A stretch of 64,000 bases of DNA. It comes from Candidatus Aphodenecus pullistercoris. GTDB taxonomy: Bacteria > Spirochaetota > Spirochaetia > Sphaerochaetales > Sphaerochaetaceae. Location of the stretch: contig JADIMU010000009.1 of the NCBI GenBank assembly GCA_017694495.1, positions 3,404 to 67,403 of the forward strand, given 5' to 3'. Below, one piece after another: positions 10,601 through 20,174 of the stretch; positions within the stretch are counted from its first letter, which is position 1; each line of letters opens with the position of its first letter. The notes beneath the pieces were generated by a model. That model saw nothing but the letters and a program-made list of their open reading frames with translations, was not told the DNA's origin and did no database searches. A program made the translations under genes and the position numbers.

Positions 10601-13077
10601 CAGGCAAGGCAATGGACATTGGTCAGGCCTCCAGTGTCAATGTACTTCAGTGCTGTGCATCCTTCCATCTGGGGTCTGTCGTCAAAGCGCTGCACCAAGC
10701 TTTCGGCATTGTCGCTGAAGACCACTTTCTCAAGCGAGGAACAGGATTCGAGGAAGCCCACTTCAACACCATAGCCCACTTCCAGACTGGTCACAGAGTC
10801 CGGGATGACCAGTTCCTTGAGGCTTGAGCAACCAGCGAAAGCGCCTCCTCCAATCGAAGTGAGACCAGAGGGCAAGTCAATGGCAACCAATGACTGGCAA
10901 TCGCGGAAAATCTCCTCTCCCAGTGTCCTGACAGAAGAAGGAATTTCGACACTCTCCAGCATGATGCAGTCTCTGAAGGCCTCATTCCCTACGGCTGCGA
11001 CATGGCTGTCCTGCGTAAATGCAACATTTGTCAGACTTGCACATCCCATGAAGGCAGCAGCGCCGACAGATTCGACAGAGGAAGGGAATTCCATGCCCTT
11101 GAGATTAGTGCAATCCTGGAAAGCATAATCCCCGATTGTCTTGACACCTTGCTGCAAGCTCACAGTCTCAAGCGCACTACAGTCACTGAAGGCGCTCTCT
11201 CCAATGGATGCAGAACTTATAGTGGCAGACTTCAGACTGGCACAGCCGGCAAATGCGCTGGGGGAAAAATACTCCACGCTCGCTGGGACTTTGACTAGTG
11301 TGAGTGCAGTGCCTGCGAAGGCCTCGCTGCCTATATAGTTCAGCCCATCACCCAGAATCACGCTATCCAGACTTGTGCACCCTTTGAAGGCCATGGATCC
11401 AATTTCTTTCACTTTTTCAAGATTTATGCTTTGCAGTTCAGCGCATCCTTCGAATGCATTGTTGCCTATGTATGCAATGTGCTCAGAGAGCACAAGCTCC
11501 TCAAGTGAAGCGCAGTCCAGGAAAGCCTCATCTTCTATATTCGTGACAGGTCCCTCGATGACCACGCTCTTCAGCGAAGGAAGCCCTGCAAGAGTCTCAG
11601 GAAGGTCCGCCACAGTAGCGCCAAGCACCAGATCCTCCAGAGCGGAGCCGACTGGCAGATTATCAGTCGATGCAAGAGATGCACCTGTGTCAATCCTCCT
11701 GACACTGGTGCATCCAGAGAATGCATCGGGCTCGATGATGACCTCATGATCCGGTATGACTATCTCTGACAATGACGTGCAAGCGAGGAATGCGCCGCTT
11801 GAAATCTGCGTCACATACTTGCCGAAGTCGACACTTTCCAGGGCCGTGCAATATGCGAATGTCTCATCCTCAATGGTCTTGACGTATGGTATCGAGATTG
11901 TGTCCAGGCTCGAGCAAGACCTGAATGCAGCTGAGCCGAGAGTGAGCGGTGAGGTGCCAAATGTAACAGATGTGAGACTTGCGCAATCACGGAAGGCATC
12001 CGAGCCGACCATGTTCACATTCTCAAGGCTGATGGTCTCAAGCCCCGTGCCTAGAAAGGCGCTGGCCCCGATTTCCACTACTGTGTCTGGAATGGTCAGA
12101 GCAGTCAGCGACCCGCAATATGCAAAAGCCTCCTGTCCGATTCGGCTCACGTGCTGAGGAAGCTGGATTCCCTCCAGGGCAGTACAACCCATAAAGGCCT
12201 GATAGGGAATACTCGAGATTTCAGACGGCAGCGATATCGTCTCGAGCCCTGTACAATCAGTGAAGGAAGAGCCGATGTCGACAAGCGAGTCAGGCAGGTC
12301 CACATACTTCAGTCTTGGACTGCCGCAGAAAGCATTGTCAAGGACTTGGACACCATCCTCTATTGTGACGCTCACGAGATTTGAAGTGCCAAGCGAGCTC
12401 ACCGAGCGGACAGGCATGCCATTGATGGTGCTCGGGACATAGAGCGTCGTCATGCTTTCCTTCATTCCTTCCGGCATTAGCCCGGAATATCCGATGATAT
12501 CGACACTCCAGCGATTGTCGCTGCTGATTTCGAACCACTCTTCAGGTATATGCCCATCACCAGCCTGTGCGCCCCCGGCTCCCCATTTCGCATAGACTGT
12601 CATGTCACTTGTGACAGGCTCGGCTGAAGAGAATGCAGACCCGTCGTCCTTGTACCAGCCGAGGAAGACATAGCCTTCACGCTGGGGACTCTGAGGCAGC
12701 GGGCAGCCATCCCCATACTTGACGGTGACTGTCTCTACAGAACCGAACAGGTCATCGAAGCTGATAGTGGCCACAGAGCTCCATGTCGCCTCCAGCGTCA
12801 GGTCAGAAGTGACAGGCAAGGAGAAATCATAGTAAGCATTCGTTCCGTATACCCGCCAGCCATCAAACAGCTGCCCTGAATCCGACACAGGATCCACAGG
12901 TCTTCTGACGTTATGGCCTTCCATGACAGTCATGCTTGCATACACTCCATTGTTCCGGAATGTGACCGTGTACAGCTGCGGCTCGGGATTTCCTCCCGTG
13001 TCGCATGAAGCCATCATGAGAAGCGCAAGCGCGATGACAAGTGCAATTGCAAGCCTGGATGCAAAACTGTAACGCAT
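7678..13077 (-). CDS. Large surface lipoprotein with InlB B-repeat-like domains and BspA-type LRRs (~1800 aa)
   Basis: Lipobox LMMASC; two F.GW..YDF..PVT.D.TL.A.W repeats; dozens of I...AF.GC..L..I.IP repeats. Likely start 13077 (alternative 13095). Confidence 0.88.
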   Translation of the reverse strand: MRYSFASRLAIALVIALALLMMASCDTGGNPEPQLYTVTFRNNGVYASMTVMEGHNVRRPVDPVSDSGQLFDGWRVYGTNAYYDFSLPVTSDLTLEATWSSVATISFDDLFGSVETVTVKYGDGCPLPQSPQREGYVFLGWYKDDGSAFSSAEPVTSDMTVYAKWGAGGAQAGDGHIPEEWFEISSDNRWSVDIIGYSGLMPEGMKESMTTLYVPSTINGMPVRSVSSLGTSNLVSVTIEDGVQVLDNAFCGSPRLKYVDLPDSLVDIGSSFTDCTGLETISLPSEISSIPYQAFMGCTALEGIQLPQHVSRIGQEAFAYCGSLTALTIPDTVVEIGASAFLGTGLETISLENVNMVGSDAFRDCASLTSVTFGTSPLTLGSAAFRSCSSLDTISIPYVKTIEDETFAYCTALESVDFGKYVTQISSGAFLACTSLSEIVIPDHEVIIEPDAFSGCTSVRRIDTGASLASTDNLPVGSALEDLVLGATVADLPETLAGLPSLKSVVIEGPVTNIEDEAFLDCASLEELVLSEHIAYIGNNAFEGCAELQSINLEKVKEIGSMAFKGCTSLDSVILGDGLNYIGSEAFAGTALTLVKVPASVEYFSPSAFAGCASLKSATISSASIGESAFSDCSALETVSLQQGVKTIGDYAFQDCTNLKGMEFPSSVESVGAAAFMGCASLTNVAFTQDSHVAAVGNEAFRDCIMLESVEIPSSVRTLGEEIFRDCQSLVAIDLPSGLTSIGGGAFAGCSSLKELVIPDSVTSLEVGYGVEVGFLESCSSLEKVVFSDNAESLVQRFDDRPQMEGCTALKYIDTGGLTNVHCLAWPESLETIIIESSQASCAVPAQAFADKPNLVHLAIGPGVACDWENAFDGTGNIEVLELESMLGDYSWNGPAMGSVRQMSVCGELEEITYEMLEGACSLEGIHIGDAVSVIGENAFKDCTSLASITIPGSVREIGEGAFSGLERLGNVTIGEGVAAIEPEVFKDCTALSSITIPASVTGLGYNVFSGCSSLSQVVFAQASPITFIPSGAFENCTALASIQIPDGVTVIKSSAFAGSGVKEILLVGDVESIEASAFENCLGLEKVTIGPSVQSIGVAAFDGCTQLQTLVLDGLTALPEGFEDLPFEHIGTLVVRDSLPEGLGECLAYEDFDVDIVLESVSEIPDGAFSGVQGLGAVKILGDVERFGTGVFKGSGLKSFIYENSGTFIVPEESFQGCAQLATVEIGNTYQVGKNAFKDCAAMTDFTVAGNTSLTVFEYGFSGCSSLSSLRCEALDASLPVAYASNYAFQGCTSLEEVRISYACPYSFSGCTALRTVIFDSSITGDTMICSEHSFDGCNVTVLEIDDIEKLGSVYDGGKGLPLSHLEELRVGPFDGYKMNSIQAALSSLDNTFTLVLLDGWTTLSTSLFQGLDCIGEIVFPSTLESIEGSVFSSCGTLTRVEIPGNVKSLDGGVFEDCVNLSAVVLEEGVESLSDGVFAGCTSIEEIVIPASVSVLGIDDLSSDYTGVFAGCTGLSGITFASGSTLRQIGTRSFSGCQELIEIDLPEGLEVIEDWAFQDTGITEVDIPASVRELHGFAGSDSLVAVNIPEDSELEEFVFADCIRLRTVRLPASVTKIGNEVFRNCNALEKVNIPDAVTLVDTYAFRNVDSVDEIEIGHGGFEGDGLLGLEVGTIRMVDSKDFKGKLPGARRIEISGCIPPNLKTLLNRCSAASVVIEEGVTEIPDGVFTELENYSSTFDPVSIVVIPESVTAMGENAFSDFTGRIQLMCGYLPEEWGSEWYGNAHLIDADGVTINTMT

Positions 13078-13091
13078 TTCTGTTCCTCCCC

Positions 13092-15242
13092 TCATTCCCC
13101 GCTCTCTCCAGTGAAGACAAGACTGACATCATCATTCCACCCAAGCCAGTTGGCATCCCATGATGTGGGGACATCGAAAGCCCCTCTCAGCTCGACTTCA
13201 GCCAGGAAGGGGCAGCTGTCGAACACATAGCCTGGAAGAGTCACGACAGTGACAGGCATGCTGACTTCCACAAGCTGACGCATTCGTGAGAAGGCATAGG
13301 TGCCAATGTTCACTACAGAGTCAGGGATATTCAGCACGCAAGGCCCGAGAGTGTTGTGAAAGGCATAGTCACCAATTTGTGTGAGCGACTCGGGCAAGAT
13401 GAAGTCTTTCAATGCCGAGCATCCGCTGAACGCCCTGTCTCCTATTGTCTGGACTCCATCAAGATCGACACTGGCAAGATTGCTGCATCCATAGAAAGCA
13501 TAATCCCCCACATCCACCACTGAATCCGGGAGCGTGACAGAGCGCAAGTGGCCACAGCCTGAGAACGCGCTGTCGGGAACAACTGTCACATCACCTTCAA
13601 TCGTGACTGCAATCAAATGCCCACATCCTGCGGCAAATTCCTCCGGAAGCTGGTCCACGCCCTTGCCGACTGTCAGGTGTGTGAGCGAAGTGCTGTACCT
13701 CAGGTCGAAGCCGTTGAGGTCTGTGACTCCATCGCCTATATCCAGACTCGTGAATCCGCAGTCGTAGAATGCCCAATCACCGATTTCAGTGACGCTGTCA
13801 CCTATGATCAGCTCTCCAACCGAAGTGCAGCCGGAGAAAGCCGACGATCCTATGCGCTCAAGGCTCGAAGGCAAAGAAATGCCACTCAGGCGAGTACAAC
13901 CAGAGAATGCATAATTCCCTATACTGACAAGGCCTTCTGGCAACTCGACTGTCTCAAGGCTGGAGTCCTGGTAGAAGGCGGAGTTGCCTATCGTGGAAAC
14001 GCCAGCGACAGAGACAGTCCTCAGACTGTCGCAATTGGCGAAGGCCCTTTCCGGGATATTGACACTGCATTTCAGCTCGACATCCTCAAGGGACGAACAG
14101 TACTCGAAGGCATACGCACCCAGGTATGTGATTGTCGACGGGACGACAACACTTTCCAGCGAATGGCAAACGGAGAAACATCCATCGCCAAGTATCTCAA
14201 GGCCTTCAGGCAGTGTGATCGAGACAAGCCTCGTACAACCATAAAAGGCCTCAACGCCTATTTCCTTCACGCCTTCGGGAATGTCTATGGATGAGAAAGC
14301 GCAAGCACTGAAAGCTTCATCACCAATTTCCTTCACACCTGCACCAATGCTGACATCGGCAAGGCGAGTGCAACTGGAGAATGCATAATCACCAATCCTC
14401 TCGACACCATCGCCAATCACAGCTCTGGAGAGAGCCGGGCAAAAATAAAAGGCAAAATCACCGATTTCCTTCACAGAGTCCGGAATGACGACAGAGACCA
14501 GATGATCCATTTGCTGGAACGCGTAGTCCCCTATTGTCTCCAGGCCTTCCGGGAGGATGATGCACCTTATATCATCGCCAAGGCCATTTGACTCGATGGA
14601 ACTGACTCTCATGCCACCTATTGTCTGAGGCACTTCGATGACATCAACACCCTCAGCCAGGTATGTCAGGCCTGTCACAGCCACTGTCCCGTCTCCGTTC
14701 TCCCGGACTGTGAAGAAATCCTCTCTGCCTTGAGATGCGCTTGCCCACAGTGGATACAGATAGAGATTCTGTGTCACAGGGGCATTGAAATCATAGGCTC
14801 TGGTGTAAAGGTCATCGAGATACCAGCCGAGGAACACATGCCCATTGCGCACAGGATCGGCAGGTCTTGCCACTCTATCACCGTGCTTCACTTCCATAAG
14901 CGTGGGGCCAGAGACTCCATCCGTGCCAAGAAAGTGTACAGTCCAGGAAGATGCAGGGGCATCGGCCACCCACTTCCCATACAGAGTGATGTCACGATTG
15001 ACAGGCATGGAGAAATCATAGGAGGGAGAAAGGAGGTTCGGATTCTCGTACCATCCTTGAGGCGGCTCAGGCAATTGTGGTGCAACGGCACATTCTCCAG
15101 CGCCGACAAGATACGTGGAGGTGCTACCATCCTCCAGGACAAAACACACTGTGTATGATGCGGCCGCCGGTGTGTCATTAGTGCAAGACGCTAATGGGAT
15201 GACCAGAAGCAGTGAACACAAAAAAGCAATGATTGCACGCAT
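13092..15242 (-). CDS. Surface lipoprotein with InlB B-repeat-like domains and BspA-type LRRs
   Basis: Lipobox PLASC; GWYLDD..YDFNAPVTQNLYLYPLW; LRR_5-type repeats. Confidence 0.88.
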   Translation of the reverse strand: MRAIIAFLCSLLLVIPLASCTNDTPAAASYTVCFVLEDGSTSTYLVGAGECAVAPQLPEPPQGWYENPNLLSPSYDFSMPVNRDITLYGKWVADAPASSWTVHFLGTDGVSGPTLMEVKHGDRVARPADPVRNGHVFLGWYLDDLYTRAYDFNAPVTQNLYLYPLWASASQGREDFFTVRENGDGTVAVTGLTYLAEGVDVIEVPQTIGGMRVSSIESNGLGDDIRCIILPEGLETIGDYAFQQMDHLVSVVIPDSVKEIGDFAFYFCPALSRAVIGDGVERIGDYAFSSCTRLADVSIGAGVKEIGDEAFSACAFSSIDIPEGVKEIGVEAFYGCTRLVSITLPEGLEILGDGCFSVCHSLESVVVPSTITYLGAYAFEYCSSLEDVELKCSVNIPERAFANCDSLRTVSVAGVSTIGNSAFYQDSSLETVELPEGLVSIGNYAFSGCTRLSGISLPSSLERIGSSAFSGCTSVGELIIGDSVTEIGDWAFYDCGFTSLDIGDGVTDLNGFDLRYSTSLTHLTVGKGVDQLPEEFAAGCGHLIAVTIEGDVTVVPDSAFSGCGHLRSVTLPDSVVDVGDYAFYGCSNLASVDLDGVQTIGDRAFSGCSALKDFILPESLTQIGDYAFHNTLGPCVLNIPDSVVNIGTYAFSRMRQLVEVSMPVTVVTLPGYVFDSCPFLAEVELRGAFDVPTSWDANWLGWNDDVSLVFTGESGE

Positions 15243-15268
15243 GAAATCCCCTCCTTCCTCTTGTCTTC

Positions 15269-15296
15269 ATGGTACCCCCCCCCCAGCAGAAGTCAA
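15269..15296 (-). promoter_or_regulatory. Promoter with poly-G spacer tract, candidate phase-variation switch
   Basis: Minus strand TTGACT-tctgct-G10-TACCAT; spacer 16 bp; G10 at 15275-15284. Confidence 0.7.
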
Positions 15297-15408
15297 GGAA
15301 AGCAGAGCCACATCGCTGCATACAATGTCCAAAATCAGCGGATTCATCCTGACAAGACCAGCTCTGGCATGAACATGCGCACAGGACTGTCCACCGCAGG
15401 CGGCATAT

Positions 15409-17651
15409 ATGCTAGAATTGGAGCGTTGGAGGAGACCGGTGACCAGACGACTTGTAGAGAACTTCCTGTACTATCTCACAGGCTTCTTCATCGTCTCGCT
15501 CTTTCTGGTGATCGCCTTCATCCTGGCCTTCCACAACACAGGCGAGAGTGTGCGCAACGAGATTGAGGTCAAGCTCGATGGAGGCATCACGCGCCTTGAG
15601 GACCTCGAGATGCGCATACGCATGCTGGGCAATGTCATCGTGCAGGACAGCGACTTCAACACACTGGTCTATCAGGACGAGAAGAGCTCTGCGGCAATCA
15701 CTGCGCTCAAGTCGATGAACAGCCTCTACCGCAACCTGGGCATCATAGCGAAGGATGTCGCCTACATGTTCACGCTCTTTCCCGACTCCCAGCTCTACCT
15801 CTCCTCAGTCGACACCAGTCTTGAATGGGAAGACTACTACTCGAAGTTCATGCGTCTCTCGATTGATGGCAAGGAGCTTTCCAGTGGCCAGGAGCTCTGG
15901 GACAGGCTGCACTCCTCGCTGGCTGAGGGGCAGACACATCTGAGACTTGACTACATCTCCTACATCTCGGCAACCGGAAATGTCACAGAGTACGAGCCGG
16001 TTCTCATCATCCAGTCATCGAGCGGGCTCGGCAGCCGCCCCCAGTCGATAACAGGCTATCTCATAGGCAAGGACGTGCTGCTCTCGACACTGCTTGGCGA
16101 CAGCCTGGCAAGTGTCGCCCAGGTGCGCATCAGCGACAACAGCAGGGCCTCGTGCTTGTCGACACGATGGCAGGAGAGGACCCCAATGCGGACGAGTACT
16201 ACATCTTCGAGGGCGAGAGCGAGCTTCTGGGCTACACGATAGAGCTTGCAGTCCCAGTATCATACTTCACCAGCCAGCTGTGGCCCATCATAGGGCTCCT
16301 GTCCGTCGTGATCGGTGCCGGCATACTCTCCGGCCTCGCCTTCGCGGCAGTCTATGCCCTTGTCCACTACCGCAGTGTGCGCACAATCATCAGGAGCATG
16401 GACGGCGGGAGCGGCCGCCTGATCGGCGACTTCGCCGACATCCAGCAGCGCATCATACAGCTGCGCAAGGAAGGTGAGAGCTTCAAGGCCGAAGCCGACG
16501 AGCTGGGCAGGCAGAACCAGGCCATACAGTTCCAGAACATACTGCTCCAGGGACCGAGGAGCCAGAGCGACAGGGAGCTGGCAAGCCGTCTCCTGCCCTT
16601 CGCAGAGGCTGGCTACATCGTCGCTGTCGTGCGCCTCCTGAAAGGTGGCAAAGAACAGTGGTATCAGGACGGGCTCTACACACTGCTCTCGCAAAGCCCC
16701 TTCGCAGGAGGACTCACAGTGCCATCGGGCTCCAGCGACGAGGTCTTCATCCTGCCCGTCAGGGACGAGAACGAGTATCAGAGCCAGATCGAGAGGCACC
16801 TTGGCGAGCTCTTCCAGAGCGATGCCGACACTGTTCTCCATGTCGGCATCTCGCAGCCCAGCCATGAGGCCGAGGAGCTCAGCGTCCTCTACGAGGAGGC
16901 GGAGCGGGCCCTCGCCTCGCTCTACAAGTACGAGAGCGAGAGCGCCTATGTCTTCTACGAGGACGAAAAGCGCACAAGTCTGCTGGAGAGTTTCAACATA
17001 GAGACGCTCTCGAGGCTGAAGAACCTACTCCTGCGCAGTGAGGAGAGCGATGCCACTGCCCTGCTCCACGACATCTTCCACAAGGCGGCCGCCTACCCTC
17101 TCGAGGCCGAAGAGAGGAAGGAGGCGATCTGGCACAGCCTGTGCAATGTCTTCCAGACCGTCTTCATGACACTGAAGACAGACAGTCTCGAGACAGGCAA
17201 GTTCCACAGCGACATGTCAATGGCCCAGATGGAGGAGCACTTCACGAGCCTGACCCATGAGCTGTGCGAGGCAACGAGCCGCAGCAGGAAGAGCCACAAC
17301 AAAGAGCTTCTCGATGCCATACTCAGGGCAATCGATGCCAGCTATCAGAACCAGGGGACCTCGGCCTACACAGTCAGCAGGGCTGTCGGCATCAGCGAGA
17401 AGTACATGCTCAGCTTTTTCCGCGAGCAGATGGGCACGAGCTTCCCGCAATACCTCCTCGTGCGCCGCCTCATGACAGCAAAGGCCATGCTGGAGAATGG
17501 AGGCGAGTCGAACGAGCACATTGCATCAGCCACAGGATTTGGCAGCCTGAACACCTTCTACCGCAACTTCTCGAAGTACTTCGGCCTCAGTCCGAAATCC
17601 TACCGCGACGGTCTGGGAAAAGAATCATCTGAAGCTGACAACAGACTATGA
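15409..17651 (+). pseudogene. YesS-like membrane-anchored AraC regulator split by a frameshift near 16140-16150
   Basis: ORF 15409-16242 has a TM and sensor region; ORF 16152-17651 has a second TM and an AraC C-terminus (IASATGFGSLNTFYRNFSKYFGLSPKSYR). Confidence 0.75.
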
Positions 17652-17760
17652 CACAATGAATTGCACTCAAGGATTCTTCTCTTTTGGGAGCCTCGGCAAA
17701 AAGTGACACTGGCGCACTCTGGCCACGGTGCTAGGATGAAAAGCACAAGGGAGGCCAGCG

Positions 17761-18410
17761 ATGGAAGGCAAAGCCGCAGCAAGCGAGAGAGAGTTCTTCA
17801 AGGCAGTGTTCATCAGTGACGCGGACAGCGTCATGGAAGGGGTTGCAAAGGGGCCTGCAACGAGTGACGAGGCTTTCTTCAATGCGCTTTCCGACAATCT
17901 TGAAGATGTGAAGGCAGCCGCATCGAGGGCTGACTGGCAAGGGGCAAGGAAACTTTTCGCCTCCTGCATCAGGAGCCAGCTGGACAGGGAGCGCTTCTTC
18001 ACAATTCCCTACGAAATTCCAGAGAACATATTCAAGCTGCCCGGAGAGAGCGACAGCGAGGCCGTGAAGAGGATTGAGGACTTCAAGGTCGTATCAGTCG
18101 GTGTGATGGGCGACTTCTCGGCGCAGGGCCGCATAGGCTGGAAGAGCAACCCGACATACAACGCTTACAAAGAGTGGACCTGGCAGCTCTCGCGCCACAA
18201 CGAGATCAAGATGATGGCCCATGAGTACAATCTGACAGGCGACGAGAGGATTGCGCACAGCGCGCTTGGCATCATGCGCTCCTGGATAGAGGATGCAGTC
18301 ATGCCTCCACTGGGCACCAGCGGCTATGCCACCAAGTGCTGGAGGACAATAGAATGCGGCATCAGGATGGGCGCGAACTGGCCATACATCCTTTTCTCTT
18401 TTTCTTATTT
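17761..18410 (+). pseudogene. Heparinase II/III-like lyase, N-terminal fragment truncated at IS1595
   Basis: EWTWQLSRH and WRTIECGIRM motifs; frame enters the IS end and stops at 18438. Confidence 0.7.
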
Positions 18411-19546
18411 GGCCTTTGGTGACATGACCCGCCAGTAGGACAATATATGTCCCACATCACCTGCCAGAAAGGGCTTGTAGACAGGAGGAAGCCCATGGAA
18501 GAACTCAGTTTTGCCGAATATCTCAGGAAGGAGATGGGACTCGACGACTACCAGATCTCAAAGATGCAGGAGCTGCTGGCCTCATTCGAACAGACGGAGG
18601 ACATGTCAGCGGCGACAGATGGTGTGGAAATCTGTCCCAAATGCGGGACAGCCCATCCGAAAGTCGTCAGGAGCGGCTTTGCCGGGAGCGGCAAGCAGAT
18701 GTTCAGATGCGCATCATTCGGAAGGAGGTTCACATATGACAGTGGGCGCCTGACATGGTATTCCCACCAGAATGCCGACCAGTGGAAGACGCTGATGCTG
18801 GACACCTTCAGCGGACAGAGCCTCAGGAGCACCAGCGGCAGGATTGGAGTAAACGTCGAGACCGCATTCAACATGCGCCATCGTCTGATGTGCGTTCTGG
18901 AGAAGGTTCTGGATGATGAAGTCCTCTCCGGCAAGGTCGAACTGGACGAGACATATGTGGATTCGAGCCGCAAGGGCGTCGGCTGCGGACGTGATGCCGG
19001 CTTTGGAACGGTCGTCCAGAAGGTGAAGCGTGGGCTGTCCAGGCAGAAGGTGTGCATCCTGAGCGCAGTGGACAAGGATGGAAACGCCTTCGCCAGGGCA
19101 TACAACTGCGGCACTCCCAGCCAGGACAACGCCATGGAGCTTGCCTGCCACCTTGCCGATGACAGCAGCGTCACCACAGACGACACAGTCGCATATGAGA
19201 GGCTTCTTGAGTCGAACGGCTGCTTCCATCGCGTCTGCCAGGACTGCAGGGACCACAAGGCGGAGGTCAACCTCAACAGGATCAGCTCCTTCCATTCGAT
19301 GATCAAGGATTTCTACCGCGGCTACAGGGGAGTGGCGACGAAGTACATCAACAGGTATGCAGCTGTGTTCTCATTCATCTGGAAGTTCAGGAAGTTGAAG
19401 GATGGCGACCTCCATGGGAAGATCAAAGCAATGGTCGACAAGAGCGGCTTTGCAATCAGGACTGGCGTCGTCCAGACCTACAGGCTGTTCACACCTCAGG
19501 ACATCGAATGGGTCGTCGCAAGCTGAATGTCACCAAATCCCAAATA
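18406..19546 (+). mobile_element. IS1595-family insertion sequence
   Basis: 20-bp terminal IRs TATTTGGCCTTTGGTGACAT (18406-18425) and reverse complement TATTTGGGATTTGGTGACAT (19527-19546), 2 mismatches; no target duplication seen. Confidence 0.85.
18495..19526 (+). CDS. IS1595-family transposase
   Basis: Zn ribbon CPKCG (second pair reads CASF), VELDETYV, TTDD, NRISSFHSMIK, ATKYINRY. Confidence 0.88.
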   Translation: MEELSFAEYLRKEMGLDDYQISKMQELLASFEQTEDMSAATDGVEICPKCGTAHPKVVRSGFAGSGKQMFRCASFGRRFTYDSGRLTWYSHQNADQWKTLMLDTFSGQSLRSTSGRIGVNVETAFNMRHRLMCVLEKVLDDEVLSGKVELDETYVDSSRKGVGCGRDAGFGTVVQKVKRGLSRQKVCILSAVDKDGNAFARAYNCGTPSQDNAMELACHLADDSSVTTDDTVAYERLLESNGCFHRVCQDCRDHKAEVNLNRISSFHSMIKDFYRGYRGVATKYINRYAAVFSFIWKFRKLKDGDLHGKIKAMVDKSGFAIRTGVVQTYRLFTPQDIEWVVAS

Positions 19547-19892
19547 TGGAATATCGATTTGCACCAAGCCCGTCCATCTTCTGCTGATTGAGGAATATGC
19601 GGTTGACTGCGCTCAATGCCTTGATGCTTTCAGTCGACAGCTTGGCATCACTGTAGGAGATTGCGTCATCAGGATTGATGTCCTGTTTCTCATCGAGAAG
19701 CCTGTCCACGGGGAAACACACGATGTCGCAAAACGCCTCGATCTGCGTCGAGCTGGCAGCCATCTCCCCTGCCTCGATTGCCATCACCAAGCTCTGGTCC
19801 ACGGAAAGACAATCCGCAAGCTGCTCCTGGCTGAGGCCAGTCGCCTCCCTGAGTCTCCTCAAACGCTGTCCCAATGTGGCTTTGTCGACCAT
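19530..19892 (-). CDS. XRE-family HTH regulator
   Basis: LGQRLRRLREATGLSQEQLADCLSVDQSLV; stop lies inside the IS right IR. Confidence 0.8.
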   Translation of the reverse strand: MVDKATLGQRLRRLREATGLSQEQLADCLSVDQSLVMAIEAGEMAASSTQIEAFCDIVCFPVDRLLDEKQDINPDDAISYSDAKLSTESIKALSAVNRIFLNQQKMDGLGANRYSIFGIW

Positions 19893-20174
19893 ATTCCCCT
19901 CCCTGTCCAAGAACAGACAAAATGCCCCACTCGAGGCCATTATACAGCACACATTTGTCTCCTCGGGCATCGAAGAAGGGTCGGCTCTGATTCATGCTGA
20001 TATCGAGCTGCAGGAGAACAGACCATCCATGATGAAGCTCGTCACTCATCAACAGGCGATAGCCCACCTCCCCTGAACTATCAAGAAAATGGTGCCAAGG
20101 CATGGCTGCGAGCTTGCATGATGGCAACTTTGCCTCTAGCATTCGAATTGACAGACAGATAAGAGAGGGGATCC

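Noticed and set aside
7678-15242. Diversity-generating retroelement acting on the LRR proteins
   Set aside because: No reverse transcriptase and no TR/VR pair seen.
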